Assembly: GCA_964351065.1 (NCBI GenBank)
Contig: CAYGNA010000001.1
Location: forward strand, 1 to 42,893
Direction of reading: 5' to 3'
Length of the DNA stretch: 42,893 nt
Source of the DNA: an uncultured Pseudomonadales bacterium
GTDB taxonomy: Bacteria; Pseudomonadota; Gammaproteobacteria; Pseudomonadales; Azotimanducaceae
Both the position numbers and the translations under genes were made by a program. The notes under the pieces are model-generated. The model searched no databases, had not been told where the DNA came from, and saw only the letters and a program-made list of their open reading frames with translations. Shown one piece after another: positions 35,650-42,893 of this stretch (position 1 is the first letter of the stretch; each line of letters starts with the position of its first letter).

Positions 35650-36740
35650 GAGATTATCGATGAGCGCAGTAATTGAAGAACACCATCACGACGACCATCA
35701 TCATGGCCCGGACAAAGGCATTATGCGTTGGGTGCTGACAACCAACCATAAGGACATCGGTACCCTTTACCTGTGGTTCAGCTTTGCGATGTTCCTGACG
35801 GGTGGTTTGATGGCGCTGGTCATCCGCGCCGAGCTGTTCCAGCCTGGCCTGCAGATTGTTGAGCCAGCATTTTTTAACCAGATGACCACCATGCATGGTT
35901 TGATCATGGTGTTTGGGGCGGTCATGCCGGCTTTTGTTGGCCTTGCCAACTGGCTTGTACCAATGATGATTGGCGCACCTGATATGGCGCTGCCCCGCAT
36001 GAACAACTACAGCTTCTGGATTCTGCCGTTTGCGTTTGCCATGCTGCTTAGCACACTATTCATGCAAGGAGGCGCACCCAACTTCGGCTGGACATTCTAC
36101 GCACCACTCTCGACCGAATACGCACCCGCCATGCAGGCTTTTGCAGCGCAGTTGAATGCAGCAGAGATCGCCGCGGTGACCACGTATGAGCGAAATGCCT
36201 GGGGCAACAATGTGGGTGATATGGTTCAACCACGCGAAATCAACGCAATGATGGGCGAATAGGAGATTATCGATGAGCGCAGTAATTGAAGAACACCATC
36301 ACGACGACCATCATCATGGCCCGGACAAAGGCATTATGCGTTGGGTGCTGACAACCAACCATAAGGACATCGGTACCCTTTACCTGTGGTTCAGCTTTGC
36401 GATGTTCCTGACGGGTGGTTTGATGGCGCTGGTCATCCGCGCCGAGCTGTTCCAGCCTGGCCTGCAGATTGTTGAGCCAGCATTTTTTAACCAGATGACC
36501 ACCATGCATGGTTTGATCATGGTGTTTGGGGCGGTCATGCCGGCTTTTGTTGGCCTTGCCAACTGGCTTGTACCAATGATGATTGGCGCACCTGATATGG
36601 CGCTGCCCCGCATGAACAACTACAGCTTCTGGATTCTGCCGTTTGCGTTTGCCATGCTGCTTAGCACACTATTCATGCAAGGAGGCGCACCCAACTTCGG
36701 CTGGACATTCTACGCACCACTCTCGACCGAATACGCACCC
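35515..36740 (+). repeat. Direct tandem duplication, 2 x 613 bp (35515-36127 and 36128-36740)
   Basis: The two copies read identically base for base. The shadow ORFs at 35654-35896 / 36267-36509 and at 35767-36006 / 36380-36619 are identical. CC microhomology at the junction. Confidence 0.95.
35660..36262 (+). CDS. Chimeric ORF created by the duplication: CoxA residues 1-156 fused in frame to the last 44 residues of CoxB
   Basis: Its first 156 aa are identical to the 36273 ORF. The tail AMQAFAAQLNAAEIAAVTTYERNAWGNNVGDMVQPREINAMMGE is identical to the coxB C-terminus. It carries the native coxA RBS. Confidence 0.8.
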   Translation: MSAVIEEHHHDDHHHGPDKGIMRWVLTTNHKDIGTLYLWFSFAMFLTGGLMALVIRAELFQPGLQIVEPAFFNQMTTMHGLIMVFGAVMPAFVGLANWLVPMMIGAPDMALPRMNNYSFWILPFAFAMLLSTLFMQGGAPNFGWTFYAPLSTEYAPAMQAFAAQLNAAEIAAVTTYERNAWGNNVGDMVQPREINAMMGE

Positions 36741-37874
36741 CCCAGCGTCACCTTCTTTATCTTCGCTGTCCATATCATGGGCGCGTCTTCGATTATGGGT
36801 TCCATTAACGTCATCGTGACGATCCTGAACATGCGTGCCCCCGGCATGACGCTGATGAAAATGCCGCTGTTTGTCTGGACATGGCTGATTACCGCTTACC
36901 TGCTGATTGCTGTAATGCCAGTACTGGCCGGTGTTGTGACAATGATGCTGATGGATATTCACTTTGGCACAGCATTCTTTAGTGCGGCCGGCGGTGGTGA
37001 TCCTGTGCTGTTCCAGCACGTGTTCTGGTTCTTCGGTCACCCGGAAGTTTACATCATGATCCTGCCGGCGTTTGGCGTGGTTTCCGCCATCATCCCGACA
37101 TTCGCGCGCAAGCAACTGTTTGGCTATGCGTCGATGGTCTATGCAACCGCGTCGATTGCGTTTCTGTCCTTTATTGTTTGGGCACACCACATGTTTACAG
37201 TGGGTATGCCGCTGGCTGGTGAGCTTTACTTCATGTACGCCACGATGTTGATTGCTGTCCCAACCGGGGTAAAGGTGTTCAACTGGGTTGCGACCATGTG
37301 GCAAGGCGCCATGACGTTTGAAACACCCATGCTGTTTGCGATTGCCTTCGTGATTCTGTTCACCATTGGTGGCTTCTCCGGTCTCATGCTTGCCATGGCA
37401 CCTGCTGACTTCCAGTATCACGACACCTACTTTGTCGTGGCCCACTTCCACTACGTCCTGGTGCCTGGCTCTGTCTTCTCTATTATGGCGGCTGTGTATT
37501 ACTGGCTGCCCAAGTGGACCGGCAATATGTACGACGAGAAGCTTGGTAAGACACACTTCTGGCTTTCTTTCATTGGCGTGAACGTTACATTCTTCCCACA
37601 GCACTTCACCGGTCTTGCCGGTATGCCACGAAGGATTCCTGACTACGCGCTTCAGTTTGCCGACTACAACATGATTTCCAGCTGTGGGGCGTTCCTGTTT
37701 GGCTTTAGCCAGCTGCTCTTCCTCTTCATTATCATCAAGACGATCAGGGGCGGAAAGAAAGCCACGGATCGTGTTTGGGAAGGCGCGCATGGCCTTGAGT
37801 GGACACTGGCGTCACCAGCGCCTTATCACTCATTCAGTACCCCGCCAACTGATATGAAAGAGGCACATGGCTAA
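36273..37874 (+). CDS. coxA: Cytochrome c oxidase subunit I (aa3-type)
   Basis: 533 aa, 12-TM haem-copper oxidase with typical blocks (NHKDIGTLY, WFFGHPEVY, HHMF). Confidence 0.96.
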   Translation: MSAVIEEHHHDDHHHGPDKGIMRWVLTTNHKDIGTLYLWFSFAMFLTGGLMALVIRAELFQPGLQIVEPAFFNQMTTMHGLIMVFGAVMPAFVGLANWLVPMMIGAPDMALPRMNNYSFWILPFAFAMLLSTLFMQGGAPNFGWTFYAPLSTEYAPPSVTFFIFAVHIMGASSIMGSINVIVTILNMRAPGMTLMKMPLFVWTWLITAYLLIAVMPVLAGVVTMMLMDIHFGTAFFSAAGGGDPVLFQHVFWFFGHPEVYIMILPAFGVVSAIIPTFARKQLFGYASMVYATASIAFLSFIVWAHHMFTVGMPLAGELYFMYATMLIAVPTGVKVFNWVATMWQGAMTFETPMLFAIAFVILFTIGGFSGLMLAMAPADFQYHDTYFVVAHFHYVLVPGSVFSIMAAVYYWLPKWTGNMYDEKLGKTHFWLSFIGVNVTFFPQHFTGLAGMPRRIPDYALQFADYNMISSCGAFLFGFSQLLFLFIIIKTIRGGKKATDRVWEGAHGLEWTLASPAPYHSFSTPPTDMKEAHG

Positions 37875-37913
37875 CCCTTCGGGGTTAGCTCACCACTTTT
37901 TTACGAGGTAGTT

Positions 37914-38468
37914 ATGGACTCTGGTAATCAAGCGTCAACAAAGTCTGCCCTGAAACTGCTCCTGGTTGTGTTTGGGATGTTTGGCTTTGGTTTTGCACTG
38001 GTTCCTCTCTACGATGTGATTTGCGACATCACCGGGCTGAATGGCAAGACAGGCGACCAGTACGTTGTCGATGAGACGATAGAGGTTCAGGAAGACAGGG
38101 TGGTGACAATCCAGTTCCTGACAAACAACAACGACGGCATGCCCTGGGAGTTTCGCCCGGATATGCGTTCGCTGCAGGTCCACCCCGGAGATATGAACGT
38201 CGCAACCTTCTTTGCGAGGAACCCCGTGGATGGTGCAATGACTGCTCAGGCGATACCGAGTGTTACACCCGGCTATGCTGCCCAGTTCCTGCACAAGACC
38301 GAGTGTTTCTGCTTCGAACAGCAAAAACTTGCAGGTGGCGAGTCCATAGATATGCCGGTACGGTTTATCATCGATAAAGAACTGCCGGCTGATATCACCA
38401 GAATCACTTTAAGCTATACACTTTTTGATATAACGGATCACTCCAAAGGCGGGTCAGCCGCTGACTAG
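37914..38468 (+). CDS. ctaG: Cytochrome c oxidase assembly protein CtaG/Cox11
   Basis: 184 aa with an N-terminal TM and the Cox11 motif CFCF. Confidence 0.9.
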   Translation: MDSGNQASTKSALKLLLVVFGMFGFGFALVPLYDVICDITGLNGKTGDQYVVDETIEVQEDRVVTIQFLTNNNDGMPWEFRPDMRSLQVHPGDMNVATFFARNPVDGAMTAQAIPSVTPGYAAQFLHKTECFCFEQQKLAGGESIDMPVRFIIDKELPADITRITLSYTLFDITDHSKGGSAAD

Positions 38469-38514
38469 GGTTACTTTACGCCAGGGAATTTCCGGAAGGG
38501 AGAAATAAAAAACA

Positions 38515-39417
38515 ATGTCCACTCAAGACACTTACGAAAGCTATTACGTCCCTCATAACAGCAAGCTGCCGATTTTTGCATCCCTCGGTATATTTCTGAC
38601 CGTATACGGGATTGGCACTATTTTGAACCATATGACTGCCGGAGTGGAAAGCTCGCTCGGTGTCTGGATCCTGCTGTTTGGTGGCCTGATCATGGGCACA
38701 ACGCTGTTCTTCTGGTTTTCTGCGGTCATCGAGGAAAACCACAAGAAACTCTACAGTGACCAGATGCACAGGTCTTACGTCTGGGCAATGAGCTGGTTTA
38801 TCTTTTCAGAAGTCATGTTCTTTAGTGCCTTCTTTGGTGCCCTGTTCTACATTCGCATGTTCAACGTTGATTGGTTGGCCGGCGAAGGTAATCGTGGACC
38901 ATCCGACATGCTGTGGCCAGATTTCAAACCGGTATGGCCAATGATGGAGACACCCGATCCATCCAAGTTTCCAGGCCCAAAGGAACTTGTTAGTCCATGG
39001 GGGTTGCCGCTCCTGAATACAGTACTGCTGGTGACGTCGAGTGTGACGATCACGTTTGCCCACCATGGCGTAAAAGAAAACAACCGCAAGAAGCTTGTTA
39101 ACTGGCTGGGGCTAACGATTTTACTGGGTTTGATCTTTTTGGGTGTCCAGGCCTACGAGTACCACCATGCCTACACCGAGCTGGGCTTGACGCTTAACGC
39201 GGGTATTTACGGCACGACCTTCTTTATGCTGACGGGTTTCCACGGCGCGCACGTGACACTGGGCACGTTTATGCTGATCGTGATGTTCTTCAGGGCGTTA
39301 AAGGGGCACTTCTCTTCAGATGACTGTTTTGGCTTCGAAGCGTCGTCCTGGTATTGGCACTTCGTGGATGTAGTTTGGCTTGGTCTGTTTATTTTTGTGT
39401 ACGTGCTGGGCGGTTAG
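38515..39417 (+). CDS. coxC: Cytochrome c oxidase subunit III
   Basis: 300 aa, 7-TM, with the conserved C-terminal blocks (FHGAHV…, WYWHFVDVVW). Confidence 0.93.
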   Translation: MSTQDTYESYYVPHNSKLPIFASLGIFLTVYGIGTILNHMTAGVESSLGVWILLFGGLIMGTTLFFWFSAVIEENHKKLYSDQMHRSYVWAMSWFIFSEVMFFSAFFGALFYIRMFNVDWLAGEGNRGPSDMLWPDFKPVWPMMETPDPSKFPGPKELVSPWGLPLLNTVLLVTSSVTITFAHHGVKENNRKKLVNWLGLTILLGLIFLGVQAYEYHHAYTELGLTLNAGIYGTTFFMLTGFHGAHVTLGTFMLIVMFFRALKGHFSSDDCFGFEASSWYWHFVDVVWLGLFIFVYVLGG

Positions 39418-39435
39418 TCGTCACAGTAAATAGAT

Positions 39436-39460
39436 GGGGGTCGTTTCATAGACGACCCCC
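39436..39460. terminator. GC-rich hairpin between the convergent coxC and DUF2909 genes
   Basis: GGGGGTCGT (39436-39444), loop TTCATAG, then ACGACCCCC (39452-39460), a perfect 9-bp stem. Only a modest T-rich tail on the minus-strand side. Confidence 0.5.
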
Positions 39461-39515
39461 GACGCAGGTTCAGTTAATACAGCCTCTACAAGCCCAGGTC
39501 CTGGGGATCTGAGTT

Positions 39516-39728
39516 CTAATGCCAGGGGGCGGACACGCCCAGTTGCCCGCTCCAAACTCCAAATCCAACGACGAGCAACAGCGCTGCCGCCAGCGATACC
39601 CTGAGTAACAGCAGATTTGCTGTACGCTTTCCCCCCCTGCCCTGATCCACGAGTAACGTATAAAGTGCTGAACCCAGCGCACCCAGGTTCGCGATAAATA
39701 GTACGACGATGAGGACCTTTAACCACAT
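39516..39728 (-). CDS. Twin-transmembrane-helix small protein (DUF2909 family)
   Basis: 70 aa with two TM helices. It sits in the conserved opposite-strand position between coxC and SURF1 in proteobacterial aa3 clusters. Confidence 0.7.
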   Translation of the reverse strand: MWLKVLIVVLFIANLGALGSALYTLLVDQGRGGKRTANLLLLRVSLAAALLLVVGFGVWSGQLGVSAPWH

Positions 39729-39757
39729 ACTGCGATCTTACGATTGTGTGAAGCTAA

Positions 39758-40519
39758 ATGATACGACGGAGGCTGGTTCCCGGTTTGCGCACTAACTGGA
39801 AGGTGACAATCTTCAGCCTTGTCTGTCTCGCCCTGTTTATTCGGCTGGGCCTGTGGCAGCTTGATCGCGAGCAGGAGAAGATTGAGATGCTCGCAGCCAG
39901 TGCTGCACGAGAGAATGCGACGCCCGTTTCAGCGGCACAGCTGGATCTCACCCGACCACTCGATCTGCAGGGTGTACCACTCAGGACGACTGGGTCTTAT
40001 CTCGAAGAACAGATCTTTTTACTGGATAATCGCGTATTGAACGGCAAGGTAGGATTTGAAGTGCTGGTACCGTTCACTGAGCAGGATAGCGGTACCTCCT
40101 TTCTTGTCAATCGTGGGTTTATACCGATGGGCCGGACCAGGACTGCCATAGCTGATATACCTTTGCTTATGCCAACCGGTGAGGTGACTGGCAACGTGTA
40201 TATCGCTGACGAAGTGGCTGACGTTGTTAAGCAAAACCCGGCTGGTTATGCCACCCGTGGCGCCGGACACACCATTGTCCAAATGGCAGACCCGGGGCTG
40301 ATACAATCAGTTTCCGGCATTACACTGGCGCCCTACGTTATTCGCCTGCAGGCTGGCGACCAAAATGCACTGCCGCGCTATTGGCCAGTGACCGTGATGC
40401 AACCCGAAAAACATCGGGGATACGCCATTCAATGGTTCATGATGGCGTGTGCAGTTGTAATCGCGTGGATTGCTTTTAGCTTTCCAGCCCTATTCAGAAA
40501 ATCGGAAAGACCAGAATGA
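39758..40519 (+). CDS. SURF1-family cytochrome oxidase assembly protein
   Basis: 253 aa with N- and C-terminal TMs and SURF1 blocks (LGLWQLDR, GYAIQWF). Confidence 0.88.
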   Translation: MIRRRLVPGLRTNWKVTIFSLVCLALFIRLGLWQLDREQEKIEMLAASAARENATPVSAAQLDLTRPLDLQGVPLRTTGSYLEEQIFLLDNRVLNGKVGFEVLVPFTEQDSGTSFLVNRGFIPMGRTRTAIADIPLLMPTGEVTGNVYIADEVADVVKQNPAGYATRGAGHTIVQMADPGLIQSVSGITLAPYVIRLQAGDQNALPRYWPVTVMQPEKHRGYAIQWFMMACAVVIAWIAFSFPALFRKSERPE

Positions 40520-41118
40520 CAACAGAGACGATGGAAATTGACCTTGAGGCTCGGCGGCGTAGTCGAATCAGCCTGCTTGTAATGGCTTCGATAGGCATAG
40601 TACCCCTCCTTGCCGCCTATGCGCTCTTTTTCTTCTTCCCCCAGTATGCGCCCACCGGGACTACCAATGAGGGCACTTTGGTTGAGCCAATTTTCCAGGT
40701 CGAAGAACTTGGCCTAAGCGGTGCGCTGGCCGTTCCGCCGAAATGGACCTTGTTGATGTCCGGTCACTCAGCCTGCGAGCCAGGCTCCACCTGCGCTCAC
40801 GGCATCTACCTTGCCCGGCAGATCAATATAGCGCTTGGCAAAGACTCGGACAGACTGCAGCGTGCCTTTATTCTTGGAAACGAACCCGAGTTACGGCATC
40901 GGCTTGAGAGTGAATATCCTGAACTGTTGATCAGACAAATGGATAACGAACACCTGCTGCAGGTTCTGCAGGCACGGACCGGTCTTTCAGCCACTGACGG
41001 GCATCTGTTTCTGATCGACCCAAATGGTAATGTCATCATGTTTTATACGCCCACACAGGACGGAAAAGCCGTACTCAAGGATCTGAAACATTTGCTGAAG
41101 CTCTCTAACATCGGTTAG
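40516..41118 (+). CDS. Membrane-anchored hypothetical protein of the cox cluster
   Basis: 200 aa with one N-terminal TM and a soluble domain carrying CEPGSTC. ATGA-coupled to SURF1. It occupies the slot of the uncharacterised gene that follows SURF1 in Pseudomonas-type clusters. Confidence 0.6.
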   Translation: MTTETMEIDLEARRRSRISLLVMASIGIVPLLAAYALFFFFPQYAPTGTTNEGTLVEPIFQVEELGLSGALAVPPKWTLLMSGHSACEPGSTCAHGIYLARQINIALGKDSDRLQRAFILGNEPELRHRLESEYPELLIRQMDNEHLLQVLQARTGLSATDGHLFLIDPNGNVIMFYTPTQDGKAVLKDLKHLLKLSNIG

Positions 41119-41142
41119 GAATGCGCGGCAGATTTCGGTAAC

Positions 41143-42084
41143 ATGCGCGCCTACGAAAACAAAATCGACCCAATGTCCGAACAAATTCACACACAAAATG
41201 CCGTCAGCTGGCGGGACTACCTGGAAATGTGCAAGCCGCGGGTAGTGCTGCTGATGCTGCTATGCACCATGGTAGGCATGTTCCTCGCGACTCCCGGTAT
41301 GGTTAGCTGGGACGTGCTGCTTTTTGGCAATCTCGGCGTTGCCCTCGTCGCGGGATCCGCAGCCGCGCTGAACCATCTTGTTGATTTCCGAATCGATCAG
41401 GAAATGGCACGTACCCGTAACAGGCCAGTAGCTCGTGGACGCGTCACGCCGTTACAGGGATACATGTTTGTTGGCGTCACGGGCATTGTTGGTATTGCCA
41501 TACTCGCCCTGCTGATAAATCCGCTTACTGCCTGGCTTAATCTTGCCTCGTGGGTTGGGTACGGCATGATCTACAGTATGTACCTCAAGCGCGCGACACC
41601 GCAGAACATTGTTATTGGAGGTCTCTTTGGCGCGGCACCACCCCTCTTTGGCTGGACCGCTGTCACCGGTTCGATCGACAGTGGCGGTCTGCTGCTCGTG
41701 CTGATTATTTTTGCGTGGACGCCGCCACATTTCTGGGCGCTGGCTATCGATCGGGTAGAAGAATATCGGAAGGTTGACATTCCCATGCTTCCCGTAACCC
41801 ATGGTGAGCAATACACCAAATTCCACATACTGCTCTACACCATCATTATGGTACTGGTGACATTTCTACCCTATATCATCGGTATGAGTAACATTCTCTA
41901 TTTTGGTGCTGCCATCTGCCTTGGTGCTGGCTTCCTTTACTGGAGCATTGTGTTGCTTATTGGCAAGAATCGGCGAGCGCCCATGGAGACCTTCAGGTAC
42001 TCCATTGTGTACCTGATGGCACTCTTTATTGCACTGTTGCTCGATCACTGGTTACTGCCAGTCAATTACCTGGCCATGCACTGA
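41143..42084 (+). CDS. ctaB: Protohaem IX farnesyltransferase (haem O synthase)
   Basis: UbiA-family polytopic protein (NHLVDFRIDQEMARTRNRP). Alternative start at ATG 41173 (MSEQIH…). Confidence 0.92.
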   Translation: MRAYENKIDPMSEQIHTQNAVSWRDYLEMCKPRVVLLMLLCTMVGMFLATPGMVSWDVLLFGNLGVALVAGSAAALNHLVDFRIDQEMARTRNRPVARGRVTPLQGYMFVGVTGIVGIAILALLINPLTAWLNLASWVGYGMIYSMYLKRATPQNIVIGGLFGAAPPLFGWTAVTGSIDSGGLLLVLIIFAWTPPHFWALAIDRVEEYRKVDIPMLPVTHGEQYTKFHILLYTIIMVLVTFLPYIIGMSNILYFGAAICLGAGFLYWSIVLLIGKNRRAPMETFRYSIVYLMALFIALLLDHWLLPVNYLAMH

Positions 42085-42698
42085 TGAATACTGGCGTCAG
42101 AAATACCCTGGTTGGCATCGCGGCCTTTATCTCGCTGATCATGGGACTGTTCTTTTACTCTTTCTTCTCAACCCGTGGGCTGTCCGACGAGCAGTATGCT
42201 GCACTTGGCTTCTACCGGTTTGAGAAACCCAGAGTCATAGCGAATTTTGCACTACGGGATCAGGATAACCAGCCGGTCAGCATCGACAATTTGAAGGGCC
42301 AGTGGTCGCTGCTATTTTTTGGCTTTACGTTTTGTCCTGACATATGTCCGACTACCCTCGGCGTACTGTCTCGGGCAGTTGAAAAACTGGCAGTTGATCC
42401 ACAGGTAATCATGGTATCGGTCGACCCGGAACGTGATGGCCCGGCACAGTTAAAGCAGTATGTGCCCGCATTCAACCCATCGTTTATCGGCTATACCGGC
42501 GAATTTGATGAAATTGTTAAACTGGCAACACAGGTGAATATAGCGTTTGGAAAAGTCCCCGGACCAACCGCAGGAACTTACCTTGTTGATCACTCAGCGA
42601 GTATTGTTGTCGTAAATCCAGAAGGTCGCTACGCCGGTTTTATCAAGACGCCACATAGCGAGGCAAACATCGCCACTATCGTCCAGAGTCTCATGTAG
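42084..42698 (+). CDS. SCO1/SenC copper chaperone (thioredoxin fold)
   Basis: 204 aa with an N-terminal TM, the CPDIC (CxxxC) motif and the downstream H of the Sco copper site. Confidence 0.9.
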   Translation: MNTGVRNTLVGIAAFISLIMGLFFYSFFSTRGLSDEQYAALGFYRFEKPRVIANFALRDQDNQPVSIDNLKGQWSLLFFGFTFCPDICPTTLGVLSRAVEKLAVDPQVIMVSVDPERDGPAQLKQYVPAFNPSFIGYTGEFDEIVKLATQVNIAFGKVPGPTAGTYLVDHSASIVVVNPEGRYAGFIKTPHSEANIATIVQSLM

Positions 42699-42739
42699 CT
42701 TCCACGTCGAATTCCAACCAACATCGCCCAGGAGCAACA

Positions 42740-42893
42740 ATGCCGCGACAAAGTGAAAGCCTGGCGGAAACCTATCACCGGATACGGGCGCAAAGTGTAG
42801 CACTCTGCGAGCCGCTGGAAATCGAGGATTATGTTGTCCAGCCCATGGATGATGCCAGCCCTCCCAAGTGGCACCTGGCGCATGTGACCTGGT
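42740..42893 (+). CDS. 5' end of a DinB-like / EgtB-type (SUMF1/EgtB/PvdO family) gene; runs off the right edge
   Basis: An AGGAG RBS then MPRQSESLAETYHRIRAQSVALCEPLEIEDYVVQPMDDASPPKWHLAHVTW. The SPxKWHLAH.TW motif is typical of the N-terminal DinB_2 domain of EgtB-like sulfoxide synthases (recalled from memory). Confidence 0.35.
   Translation, partial: MPRQSESLAETYHRIRAQSVALCEPLEIEDYVVQPMDDASPPKWHLAHVTW

Noticed and set aside
36294-36317. His/Asp-rich N-terminal tail of CoxA (HHHDDHHH), also present in the duplicated copy
   Set aside because: It looks like a tag or metal-binding site. However, similar His/Asp-rich N-termini occur in other proteobacterial aa3 subunit I proteins as far as I recall, so it is probably a lineage feature and not an anomaly.
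36669-37790. 373-aa minus-strand ORF antisense to coxA
   Set aside because: This is a shadow ORF inside a strongly supported, highly conserved gene. Its composition is biased (R/H/G-rich) and I recognised no motifs. The same reasoning applies to 1891-2694, 16678-17136, 32495-33091 and 35080-35616.
42697-42712. parS-like sequence GCTTCCACGTCGAATT after the SCO1 gene
   Set aside because: Only 11/16 matches to the palindrome, with a mismatch in the central core. It is probably a chance hit.

Overview
This window looks like the replication-origin region of a gammaproteobacterial chromosome (about 50% GC, Pseudomonas-like gene order). It is almost entirely core housekeeping. From left to right: (1) the start of the atp operon (atpI-atpB-atpE'), parB-parA, rsmG-mnmG and mnmE-yidC-yidD-rnpA-rpmH, all on the minus strand. 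(2) A roughly 600 bp rpmH/dnaA intergenic region with DnaA boxes and AT-rich tracts, a candidate oriC. (3) dnaA, two tandem dnaN genes, recF and gyrB on the plus strand. (4) gmhB-glyS-glyQ, tag, an LpxL-family acyltransferase, trkH-trkA-rsmB-fmt-def, a LysM (TsaP-like) protein, dprA, a shortened tsaC/yrdC, aroE, prlC and a YheV-like zinc ribbon. (5) An aa3-type cytochrome c oxidase cluster (coxB-coxA-ctaG-coxC, DUF2909, SURF1, a hypothetical, ctaB, SCO1), then the 5' end of a DinB/EgtB-like gene. I found no tRNA, rRNA, CRISPR, IS or phage genes, and no clear defence or accessory island. I cannot honestly point to a novel multi-gene system. The features worth a second look are: (a) an apparently perfect 613-bp tandem duplication across the coxB/coxA junction that creates an in-frame CoxA'-CoxB' chimeric ORF; (b) a divergent second beta-clamp gene between dnaA and the orthologous dnaN; (c) a tsaC/yrdC homologue missing its central third in frame; (d) two parS-type palindromes inside recF; (e) a 12-bp x 7 tandem repeat between lpxL-like and trkH; (f) rnpA and atpI reading frames that extend upstream with no ATG, GTG or TTG start. 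All protein calls rest on my own recognition of motifs and synteny. No database search was run.
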